From assembly GCA_031390425.1 (NCBI GenBank), contig JANMTL010000297.1, forward strand, positions 1,055 through 65,054: a DNA stretch of 64,000 nucleotides. The letters are read 5' to 3'. This document shows positions 19,438 through 27,647 of this stretch, in pieces; positions within the stretch are counted from its first letter, which is position 1, and every line of letters starts with the position of its first letter. The notes under the pieces are model-generated. The model did not search any database. It had not been told where the DNA came from and worked only from the letters and a program-made list of their open reading frames with translations. A program made the translations under genes and the position numbers. Source of the DNA: Rhizobacter sp. Its GTDB lineage: Bacteria > Pseudomonadota > Gammaproteobacteria > Burkholderiales > Burkholderiaceae_C.

Positions 19438-21156
19438 TTGACTCTGAATTCATCCATGCTGTCAGCCGTTGACGCCCCCGCGTCCGATCTGGGTGCATAC
19501 CTGGTCAGCGAGGGGAAACTCAAGTCCCGCGATCTGGAGCGTGCGCTGTCGGCGCAGACCGAGATGGGCGGCACGATCGAGCGCGTGCTGGTCGGCCTCG
19601 GGCTGGTGTCCGAGATCGATGTCGCGACGGCGACCTCGCAATTGCTGAACATCCCGTTCGCCCCGGCTGCCGAGTTCCCCGCCGTGCCGCCCGAGGTCGA
19701 GGGCTTGCTGCCGGACTTCCTGGTGGCCAACAGCGTCTACCCGCTGCGCCGCGAGTCCGATCGGCTCGATGTGGCCATGGCGGACCCTGGCGATGCGTAT
19801 GTGCTGAAGGCGCTGCGGCTGGCCACCGGCCTCGCGATCCGTGCACATGTCGGGCTGCCCAGCGAGATCGACAAAGCGCTGTCGCAGTTGGTCGAAGACA
19901 GCAACGCCACCGCGTCGCGCGACGAGTTCGACGACCTGAAGAACTCCGGCGATTTCGTCGAGCATTTGAAGGACCTGGCCAGCGAGGCGCCGGTGATCCG
20001 GCTGGTCAACGCGATCATCGGGCGCGTCACCGACCTGCGCGCGTCGGACATCCACCTCGAACCGTTCGAAGACGGTCTGCATGTGCGCTACCGGGTCGAC
20101 GGCGTGATCCATGCGGGCGAGACGATCGGCCTCAAGCACAGCGCAGCGGTCGGCTCGCGCATCAAGCTGCTGGCGCACCTCGACATCGCCGAGCGGCGGC
20201 TGCCGCAAGACGGCCGCATCCAGACGCGGGTCAAGGGCCACGAGCTCGACCTGCGCTTGTCCACCGTACCCACCGTTCACGGCGAGAGCCTGGTGATGCG
20301 CGTGCTCGACCGCGCCAGCATCCGCTTCAGCCTCGAAGACATGGGCTTCGAGCGTGACAACCTGGCACGCTTCAACGCGCTGCTGGCGCGCCCGCACGGC
20401 ATCTTGCTGGTCACAGGGCCCACCGGCTCGGGCAAGACGACGACGCTGTATGCAGCGCTGTCGAAGCTCGACTCGGCGACGCAGAAGATCATCACCGTCG
20501 AAGACCCGGTCGAGTACCAACTGCCGTCGATCAACCAGATCCAGGTGCATCCGCAGATCGGCCTGACCTTCGCCGGTGCGCTGCGCAGCATCCTGCGCCA
20601 GGACCCGGACATCATCATGATCGGCGAGATGCGCGACGGAGAAACCGCGCAGATCGCGGTGCAATCGGCACTCACCGGTCATCTGGTGCTGTCGACGCTG
20701 CACACCAACACCGCCGCCGGTGCGGTGGCGCGGATGCAGGACATGGGCGTCGAGAGCTACCTGATCACCTCGGCCGTCAACGGCGTGCTGGCGCAGCGAC
20801 TGCTGCGCACGCTGTGCACGCTGTGCAAAGTGCCCTACGAGCCGTCGGCCGAGCTGATCGAAAGCTCGGGGCTGGCGCGCTTTTCGGCGCCGTCGAAGCG
20901 GCTGTACCGGGCCGTCGGCTGCGAGCAGTGCCGGGGCTCGGGCTATCAGGGCCGCACCGGCATTCACGAGTTGCTGGTGCTGGAAGAGCCGATCCGCAAG
21001 GCCATCATCGAAGGCGTCGATGCCAGCGTGCTCAACACCATCGCGATCCGCGGCGGCATGCACACGTTGTACGAAGACGGCCTGCTGAAGGTCGCGGCCG
21101 GCGTCACCAGCCTCGACGAGTTGTTGCGCGTCACCCAGGACCAGTCGGATGACTGA
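19438..21156 (+). CDS. gspE: type II secretion system ATPase GspE
   Basis: N-terminal T2SSE_N-like domain, Walker A GPTGSGKTT, IIMIGEMRD, and tetracysteine CTLCKV...CEQCRGSGYQGRTG. The start is TTG 19438 or ATG 19456. Confidence 0.9.
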   Translation: MTLNSSMLSAVDAPASDLGAYLVSEGKLKSRDLERALSAQTEMGGTIERVLVGLGLVSEIDVATATSQLLNIPFAPAAEFPAVPPEVEGLLPDFLVANSVYPLRRESDRLDVAMADPGDAYVLKALRLATGLAIRAHVGLPSEIDKALSQLVEDSNATASRDEFDDLKNSGDFVEHLKDLASEAPVIRLVNAIIGRVTDLRASDIHLEPFEDGLHVRYRVDGVIHAGETIGLKHSAAVGSRIKLLAHLDIAERRLPQDGRIQTRVKGHELDLRLSTVPTVHGESLVMRVLDRASIRFSLEDMGFERDNLARFNALLARPHGILLVTGPTGSGKTTTLYAALSKLDSATQKIITVEDPVEYQLPSINQIQVHPQIGLTFAGALRSILRQDPDIIMIGEMRDGETAQIAVQSALTGHLVLSTLHTNTAAGAVARMQDMGVESYLITSAVNGVLAQRLLRTLCTLCKVPYEPSAELIESSGLARFSAPSKRLYRAVGCEQCRGSGYQGRTGIHELLVLEEPIRKAIIEGVDASVLNTIAIRGGMHTLYEDGLLKVAAGVTSLDELLRVTQDQSDD

Positions 21157-22390
21157 TTTTTCATGGCGCGCAGCCGATGCGGGCGGCAAGCTGGTCGAGG
21201 GTCACATCGACGCCAGCAGTCCCGCCCAGGCGATGCAGTTGCTGCGCCAGCGCGGGTTGCTGCCGCTGCGCATAGATGCTTCGTCAAGGGCTGGCGCGGC
21301 GGCCGACGCCAGCTTGCCGGGCCTGGCGCGCGGCAAGGGATCGACCGGCAAAGGCCCGGTCAACAGCGCCGATGTGCTGGCGATCACCTCCGAGCTGTCG
21401 GTGATGCTGCGCGCCGGTCTGGCACTCGACAACGCGCTGCGCGTGCTGGTCGAGATGGGGCACCGGCCGACAGTCGCCGAGATGCTGCAAGGCATCCTCG
21501 AAGACGTGAAAGGCGGCAAGCCCTTGAGCCGCGCGCTCGAAAATCGACGCCGAGTGTTCGGCGATTTCTACATCAGCATGATCCGCTCGGGTGAACTCAG
21601 CGGCCAGATATCGACCGTGATGGAGCGCCTGGTCGAGCACATGGAGCGCCTGCGCGCACTGCGCGAAAACGTCATTTCGGCGTCGATCTACCCGGCCATC
21701 CTGCTCGGCGTCGCGGTGCTGTCGATGATCGGCATGCTGGGCTTTGTGGTGCCGCAGTTCGAGAAGCTGTTCGTCGACATGGGCGATGCGCTGCCACTGC
21801 CGACGCAGCTGGTCATGGGCCTGGGGCGCGGGTTTTCCGAGTACGGTGTGATCGGCGCGCTGCTGCTGTTCGCGGTGATTTTTGTGACCGCACGCTGGCT
21901 GCGCTCGCCCCCCGGGCGGCTGTGGTGGCAATCGTCCGTGCTGCGGTTGCCGATCGTCGGGCCGCTGCTCGTCAAGTACGAACTGACGCTGTTTTCCCGC
22001 TCGCTCGGAACCTTGCTCGGCAACGGCGTTCCGATGGTGGCGGCGCTCAACATCGCGACCGAGACCGTCAGCAACATCGTGCTCAGGAACGCACTCTCGC
22101 GCGTCACACCGCTGGTCAAGGGCGGCACCCGGGTGGTGGATGCGATGTCGGCCACCCAGGTGTTCGAGCCGTTGGCCATCAACCTGATGCGCGTCGGCGA
22201 GGAAACCGGCCGCATGGGCACGATGATGCTGGAGTTGGCCAACATCATGAATCGCGATGTCGAGACCGGCATCAAGCGCGGCCTCACGCTGATCGAGCCC
22301 GCGCTGATCGTGGTGCTGGGCCTGTTGATCGGCGCCATCATCGTGTCGATCCTGCTCGGCATCCTGTCCATCAACGACCTCGCGGTCTGA
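21149..22390 (+). CDS. gspF: type II secretion system inner-membrane platform protein GspF
   Basis: 413 aa with two GspF/PilC repeats and three TM segments. Overlaps gspE by 8 nt. Confidence 0.9.
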   Translation: MTDFSWRAADAGGKLVEGHIDASSPAQAMQLLRQRGLLPLRIDASSRAGAAADASLPGLARGKGSTGKGPVNSADVLAITSELSVMLRAGLALDNALRVLVEMGHRPTVAEMLQGILEDVKGGKPLSRALENRRRVFGDFYISMIRSGELSGQISTVMERLVEHMERLRALRENVISASIYPAILLGVAVLSMIGMLGFVVPQFEKLFVDMGDALPLPTQLVMGLGRGFSEYGVIGALLLFAVIFVTARWLRSPPGRLWWQSSVLRLPIVGPLLVKYELTLFSRSLGTLLGNGVPMVAALNIATETVSNIVLRNALSRVTPLVKGGTRVVDAMSATQVFEPLAINLMRVGEETGRMGTMMLELANIMNRDVETGIKRGLTLIEPALIVVLGLLIGAIIVSILLGILSINDLAV

Positions 22391-22426
22391 TGCCTCGACT
22401 TGCTGAATTTCACCAAGGATTTCTCC

Positions 22427-22867
22427 ATGCTTTCCCCGACACGACGCATCCGCGAAACGCCCAGCCACCGGGGCTTCACCTTGATCGAACTGCTGGTGGT
22501 GCTGGCGATCCTGACCTTGCTGATCGGCCTCGTCGGCCCGCGCGTGCTAGGCCAGTTGGGCGGCGCGAAATCGAAGACAGCTGCGGTGCAGATTGCCGAC
22601 CTGGAAAAGACGCTCGAGCTCTACAAGCTCGACGTCGGCCGCTTCCCGACCACCGAAGAAGGTCTCGATGCGCTCGTCAAGCGCCCCGCCACCGCCAACG
22701 GCTGGGCCGGCCCGTACCTGAAGGGCGGCGCGGTCCCGTCTGACCCGTGGAGCAAGCCGTACAAATACACCGCCACTGGCGACAGCCAGATCGAGATCGT
22801 GTCGTTCGGCTCCGACGGCGCCGCCGGTGGTGAAGGCGAAAGCGCCGACGTGCGCAACACGAAGTAA
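22427..22867 (+). CDS. gspG: major pseudopilin GspG
   Basis: Prepilin leader ending G|FTLIELLVVLAIL with Glu+5. Has the GspG core DPWSKPYKY...IVSFGSDG. Confidence 0.9.
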   Translation: MLSPTRRIRETPSHRGFTLIELLVVLAILTLLIGLVGPRVLGQLGGAKSKTAAVQIADLEKTLELYKLDVGRFPTTEEGLDALVKRPATANGWAGPYLKGGAVPSDPWSKPYKYTATGDSQIEIVSFGSDGAAGGEGESADVRNTK

Positions 22868-22895
22868 GCGCTGCAAGCGATTGCCAGAGTCCGTT

Positions 22896-23345
22896 GTGCG
22901 CCAGGAACGCGGCTTCACGCTGATCGAGTTGCTGGTGGTGTTCGCCATCGCGGCGCTGCTGATCGCGCTGGTACCCAGCGCGTACGGCAAGCTGCGTGAA
23001 TCGGTGCAGTACCGCGACGCGCTGCGCACCGTGATGAGCGACTTGCGTCAGGCCCGGTTCCGAGCCACCTCGCAAGGCACCGACGTGAGCTTCAACGTCG
23101 ATCTGGCCACCGGCCGCTACGGCCTCGATGGTGCGCCGCCGCGAACCCTGCCGCCACCGCTGAAGTTTCGCGTGGTCGTTGCCGATGTCGAACTCGCGCC
23201 GAGTGAGCTGGCATCGATTCGATTCCTTGCCGCGGGCGGCGCGACCGGTGGCAGCGTCGATGTGGTCCGGCCCGCTGGCAACGGCGCGCGCGTCCGCGTC
23301 GATTGGCTCTCGGGCAGCGTTGCGCTGCTCGGCTTGCCGCCATGA
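22896..23345 (+). CDS. gspH: minor pseudopilin GspH
   Basis: GTG start. Leader MRQERG|FTLIELLVVFAIAALL. Size and position fit GspH. Confidence 0.7.
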   Translation: MRQERGFTLIELLVVFAIAALLIALVPSAYGKLRESVQYRDALRTVMSDLRQARFRATSQGTDVSFNVDLATGRYGLDGAPPRTLPPPLKFRVVVADVELAPSELASIRFLAAGGATGGSVDVVRPAGNGARVRVDWLSGSVALLGLPP

Positions 23346-23743
23346 ACGGCCGCATGCAGCGCGGTTTCTCTTTGCTCGAACTGCTGGTAGCGTTTTCGAT
23401 TCTGGCGCTGTCGCTCGGCGTGCTTTACCAGGCCAGCGGCGGCAATGTGCGCGACCTGCAGCAGAGCGAGCAGCACCAGCGCGCCGCCGTGTTGGCCGAA
23501 TCGCTGCTCAGCCTGCGAGACACCGTGCCGTCGGTGGGCTGGGAACAATCCGGCCAGTCCGCTAGCTATGGATGGCGCATCCGCAGCAGCCCGTACCCGA
23601 CTCAGGTCTCCAGTCTCAGTGCGCCGAAATTGCACGAGGTGCAGATCACGATCGACTGGAACAGCGGATCAACGCCTCACCAGTTCGAAGTGGTGACCTT
23701 GCTGCCCGAGCGACAACCGATCGAGCCGAACGGGCCGCCATGA
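23342..23743 (+). CDS. gspI: minor pseudopilin GspI
   Basis: ATGA overlap with gspH. Leader MNGRMQRG|FSLLELLVAFSILAL. 133 aa. Confidence 0.65.
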   Translation: MNGRMQRGFSLLELLVAFSILALSLGVLYQASGGNVRDLQQSEQHQRAAVLAESLLSLRDTVPSVGWEQSGQSASYGWRIRSSPYPTQVSSLSAPKLHEVQITIDWNSGSTPHQFEVVTLLPERQPIEPNGPP

Positions 23744-24420
23744 TGGGGCGCGTGAGACTCGCGTCAAGCAGATCGTGCGCCCGCGGATTCACGCTGGTGG
23801 AAATCCTGGTCGTGATTTCGCTGCTGTCGGTGGTGATGCTCGCATTGGGTACGGCGTTTCGAACCTTCGCACAGACCGAAGTCCGTCTGGATCGCCGCCT
23901 GGAGCTGACGGACGAGTTTCGGATTGCCACAGGTTTCATCAGAACCACCCTCAGCCGAATATCCATCCGCAAACCTGAGCCGGCTTCCGCGGCGGCCGAC
24001 CGCAAAGTACTGTTTAGCGCGGACGCCCGGTCGATCGCCTGGGTTGGGGTGATGCCCGCACGGTATGGCGCCGGGGGTTTGTATTATTTCAGGCTCGCTG
24101 TTGAAAATATCGACAATGACAATACGCTGGTGATCCGATTCAAGCCCTGTAATGATTCGGCGGCATTCCCGAACTGGGCCGAGGTGGAATTCAGAACCTT
24201 GATTTCGAAAATCACTTCTTTCGAAGTTCGATATCAGGACAGCCGCCTGTCGTCGGGCTTGTGGTCAGCGAACTGGAGTCGAACCGACCGTCCTCCAGAC
24301 CGTTTGCAGATTCTCGTCCAGACCCGCGGAGTCGAATGGCCCGAGATCGTGATACCCACCCGCGTGCTTCCCGGGGCCGGTGATCGATCGAGTGCGTTTG
24401 TAATCGGAGGAGGACGATGA
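23740..24420 (+). CDS. gspJ: minor pseudopilin GspJ
   Basis: ATGA overlap with gspI. Leader ...SCARG|FTLVEILVVISLLSV. 226 aa. Confidence 0.65.
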   Translation: MMGRVRLASSRSCARGFTLVEILVVISLLSVVMLALGTAFRTFAQTEVRLDRRLELTDEFRIATGFIRTTLSRISIRKPEPASAAADRKVLFSADARSIAWVGVMPARYGAGGLYYFRLAVENIDNDNTLVIRFKPCNDSAAFPNWAEVEFRTLISKITSFEVRYQDSRLSSGLWSANWSRTDRPPDRLQILVQTRGVEWPEIVIPTRVLPGAGDRSSAFVIGGGR

Positions 24421-25283
24421 GCCGGCTTCCTACAAACACCCCGCTTCACCGAGGCTTCGCTCTGGTGGCGGTGCTCTGGATGGTCGCTGCCTTGAGCATC
24501 ATGGTCGTCGGCATGTTCTACGGGGTGCGTGGAGAAACGCGCCGGGTGTCCCTGTCGCGGCAAAGCGTCGTTCTGGGGGCTCTCGGAACGGCGGCCATTC
24601 ACGTGGTTCTGCAAGAAATGCTGGCTTCGCCGGAACCGATCACGCGCCTTTCCTACAAAGAGGTTGCTTATCAAGGCCGACTGATCCGGGTTGAAATACT
24701 CCCTCTCAACGGGTTGATCGATATCAACAATGCGTCCGAAGCATTGCTCATGAAACTGATTTCTGTTCAAGGTGGCGTCGACTCCGATCAGGCGTTGAAG
24801 CTGGCTCGAAAGACCATTGAAATACGCTCTACCAAAGATCCGTCAGGACAAGTACGAGGATTTGAATCGGTCGAAGACTGGCTCAAGGTTCCGGGTATCG
24901 ACTACACGCTGTACGCTAGAATGAATGGGTTGGTCAGCGTTGATTTGTTGGGTGTCGGGTCGGGTCGCGTCAACGCCCTCGCCGCACCCCGAGAGGTGTT
25001 GACCCTGTTGACTGGCGGCCAGGCGGAACAAGCCTTCCGAATCGCTTCTGATCGAGACGCCGGCCGCATCGGCATCGACACCACCATGCTGAATGCCAAC
25101 GACGTCGAGACGGCCTCCACCAACCGGTATCGCATCTCCGCCCGGGTGCCCGCATCGACCGACACGCAACTCTGGACGACTCAAACCGTCGACATCGCCC
25201 CGATCAAGCGCGACGGCCTGCCCTGGCGCGTCTTCAACGTTGAGCGCCATTTCGAACCCGCACGCCTCGATCGCCTGAACTGA
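24417..25283 (+). CDS. gspK: minor pseudopilin GspK
   Basis: ATGA overlap with gspJ. Leader HRG|FALVAVLWMVAAL without Glu+5, as in GspK. 288 aa with the ING/helix-hairpin-helix-like middle domain. Confidence 0.7.
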   Translation: MSRLPTNTPLHRGFALVAVLWMVAALSIMVVGMFYGVRGETRRVSLSRQSVVLGALGTAAIHVVLQEMLASPEPITRLSYKEVAYQGRLIRVEILPLNGLIDINNASEALLMKLISVQGGVDSDQALKLARKTIEIRSTKDPSGQVRGFESVEDWLKVPGIDYTLYARMNGLVSVDLLGVGSGRVNALAAPREVLTLLTGGQAEQAFRIASDRDAGRIGIDTTMLNANDVETASTNRYRISARVPASTDTQLWTTQTVDIAPIKRDGLPWRVFNVERHFEPARLDRLN

Positions 25284-25295
25284 CCCCACACCACC

Positions 25296-26426
25296 ATGTC
25301 CGCGACGCTGCCCCTGCCTGATTCGCCGCGATCAGAAGCTCAAAGCCTGTGGGCGCGGCTCATCAGCATGATCGGCCGGCGCTATCGCGAGCCGATGCTG
25401 GACGGTTTGACGCCCGACCTGCCGGTGCGTGTGCTGCTCGCCGACGGCGAGGACGCGATGTGGCGCCGGGATGCACCGCTGCAGCCCGCGCCGCCACTGT
25501 TTGCCGCCAACCCGAGCCTGGGCCTCACGGCCATCGAATACCCCGAAGATCGACTGCTGAGGCGTCAGTTCACGCTTCCGGACATGTCCTCTGCCGAGGT
25601 CACGCAAGTCGCCGCGCTCGACGCAGTCACGTCGAGCCCCTTCCGATCGGACGACCTCGTGTGGGGCCATCGCTGCGTCCCGCTGACGCCGGGGAAACTG
25701 CAAATCGACATCGTGCTGGCCTCGCGAAAGCAGGTTCAGCAACACCTGGATCAGTTGGACGGGCGACTGGCGGGCCAGAAGCATCCCGAGGTGTGGGCCG
25801 AAGTGTGGGCATTTGCAGGCGGCTCGACACCTGTAGTCATCCAGGGCTTCGGCGAAGGTCGGAGGGCTCGCCAGCAGGCCTATCAACGCTGGCTGCTGTG
25901 CGGCCTGCTTTTCCTGGCCCTTGGACTGTTGATGGGCATCGCGCTCACCCCCACAGCCCAGTTGAGGATGCGAGCGATCGAGGCCATCGACGCGTTCGAA
26001 TCCCTTCGTCTGAGAACCGCTGCACTGGTGCTGAAACGAGAATCGCTGTCGAAAGCCGCCGGCCAGGTCACGGCCATGGATGAAGTCCTGTCGGATCGCG
26101 TGCGCGCGCTCGAGATCGTGGGACTGCTGACGCGTGCACTGCCTGACGATTCATCCTTGCTCACATTGCAGATCCAAGGCTCGACGGTCAGGCTCACCGG
26201 CCAGACCTCCAACACCGCCGATCTGATGCAAAAGCTGAGCGCTTACCCAGGCCTGCGTGACGTCAAAGCACCCTCTGCCGCGACCCGTCCTTTGGGAGCG
26301 AACAAGGAGAGCTTCTCGATCGAACTCGAACTGACCCCAGAGGGGCTTCGGGATGCTGGATCGAACTGGGCCGCATCGCTTGGTAGCGGTGCAGTCTTGC
26401 CGCAGCAGAAAGCGTCGTCGCCATGA
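25296..26426 (+). CDS. gspL: GspL-like bitopic assembly protein (C-terminal PilN-like domain)
   Basis: 376 aa. Cytoplasmic N-domain, single TM (WLLCGLLFLALGLLMGIAL), and a periplasmic ferredoxin-like end (VRLTGQTSNTADLMQKLSAYPGLRDV). Position is between gspK and gspM. Confidence 0.6.
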   Translation: MSATLPLPDSPRSEAQSLWARLISMIGRRYREPMLDGLTPDLPVRVLLADGEDAMWRRDAPLQPAPPLFAANPSLGLTAIEYPEDRLLRRQFTLPDMSSAEVTQVAALDAVTSSPFRSDDLVWGHRCVPLTPGKLQIDIVLASRKQVQQHLDQLDGRLAGQKHPEVWAEVWAFAGGSTPVVIQGFGEGRRARQQAYQRWLLCGLLFLALGLLMGIALTPTAQLRMRAIEAIDAFESLRLRTAALVLKRESLSKAAGQVTAMDEVLSDRVRALEIVGLLTRALPDDSSLLTLQIQGSTVRLTGQTSNTADLMQKLSAYPGLRDVKAPSAATRPLGANKESFSIELELTPEGLRDAGSNWAASLGSGAVLPQQKASSP

Positions 26427-26977
26427 AGGGCGCCTTTCGTGCGGAACGCATTCCGCTGATCCTCCCGACGATGTTGCTGTTCATGGTGTTGTTTGCTGTC
26501 GGCTTTTATTACCTCAAGGGCAAACACGACTGGGCCACCGACCGCTTGCAGGATGTCGATCAACGCCATGCACGCTTGGCCGGTCTCGAATCCAGTCGCG
26601 CTGAGCTCGACAAGGCCGAATCGACGGCGCGTTCGTCGCTGGCCGTTGGCGTCTACCCCGCGAGCCAGGATGTGAGTCAGGCCGGCAACGACGCGCAGCG
26701 ACGCGTCCGGGATACCTTCACGAAAGCGGGACTTCAGGTGATGAGCAGCCAGGTGCTTGCCGCAAAGATCGACCGGGCGTTCGACCGCATACCGATGGCG
26801 GTTCGCCTTGAAGGCGAGTTGGTGGCATTGCAAGGCGCGTTGACGGTCATTCCAGAACTGTCACCCGCGGTCATCATCGACGGCGTGACGGTGCAAACCA
26901 TCGGCGCCGTCAAGGCCGATGCACCTCAACGTTTGGCGATCCAGTTCAGCCTCTCCGTGTTGCGGGCACGTCCATGA
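26423..26977 (+). CDS. gspM: GspM-like protein
   Basis: 184 aa with an N-terminal TM (LILPTMLLFMVLFAVGFYYL). 4-nt overlap with the upstream gene. Positional equivalent of GspM/XpsM. Confidence 0.6.
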   Translation: MKGAFRAERIPLILPTMLLFMVLFAVGFYYLKGKHDWATDRLQDVDQRHARLAGLESSRAELDKAESTARSSLAVGVYPASQDVSQAGNDAQRRVRDTFTKAGLQVMSSQVLAAKIDRAFDRIPMAVRLEGELVALQGALTVIPELSPAVIIDGVTVQTIGAVKADAPQRLAIQFSLSVLRARP

Positions 26978-27636
26978 GGCGCTACACCTCCCACGCGTTG
27001 ATCGTGTTAAGCCTGATGCTGGTCGGAGTTCTTGCGTGGCTCTGGGTCGACCCGGACGGACAACTGCGTGACGTGAGGTGGACGCCACCAACGGCCATCA
27101 AACCGGAGTTTTTGACGGTGCCACGCGCATTGGCCAAGCGCCAGTCGGCCGACGTGACGCTGGCACTGGAAATATTGGAACGGCCGTTGTTTTCGCCCAG
27201 CCGGCGACCGCCTCCCCCTGTCGTTGTGGCCCCGGTTGCGGCCGAGCCCGCCCCCGATCCGTTGGGTAATGTCTTGATACAGGGCATTTACTCGGGCACC
27301 GAGATGGGAGGCATCATCGCCAATGTCGGTGGCGTGTCGAAGCGCATTTCCATCAATGAGAAGATTGGTGACTGGACCTTGAAAGCCATCGACGAACGCG
27401 ATGTGAAATTCGTGCGTAACGATGAGAGTCGCGTCATTCAGTTGCTGCGTGCACGCCCGGTGCAACCCGCAGTGGCGGGAACCGCCGCCCCGAATCGTTC
27501 GACATCGCAGCCCGCGTCCAACGTATCGCAATCTCAGCTCTCCGTTGTCCAGAAGATGGAGGACGAAGCCCGCGAACTTCTGCGCCGTCGCAACGAGTTG
27601 CGAGCCCGGGCCGGAAGGCCCCCGATCGCCCAATAA
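26974..27636 (+). CDS. GspC/XpsN-like bitopic protein
   Basis: 220 aa. N-terminal TM, Pro-rich linker (SRRPPPPVVVAPVAAEPAPDP), then a small beta domain (LIQGIYSGTEMGGIIANVGGVSKRISINEKIGDWTLKAI) resembling the HR/PilP-like secretin-contact domain. Sits where xpsN sits in Xanthomonas. Confidence 0.5.
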   Translation: MRRYTSHALIVLSLMLVGVLAWLWVDPDGQLRDVRWTPPTAIKPEFLTVPRALAKRQSADVTLALEILERPLFSPSRRPPPPVVVAPVAAEPAPDPLGNVLIQGIYSGTEMGGIIANVGGVSKRISINEKIGDWTLKAIDERDVKFVRNDESRVIQLLRARPVQPAVAGTAAPNRSTSQPASNVSQSQLSVVQKMEDEARELLRRRNELRARAGRPPIAQ

Positions 27637-27647
27637 CCCACGCCAAC

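Noticed and set aside
19350-19730. 126-aa minus-strand ORF overlapping the gspE start region
   Set aside because: It has no motifs, overlaps the well-supported gspE N-terminus, and has Ser/Ala/Arg-rich junk composition.
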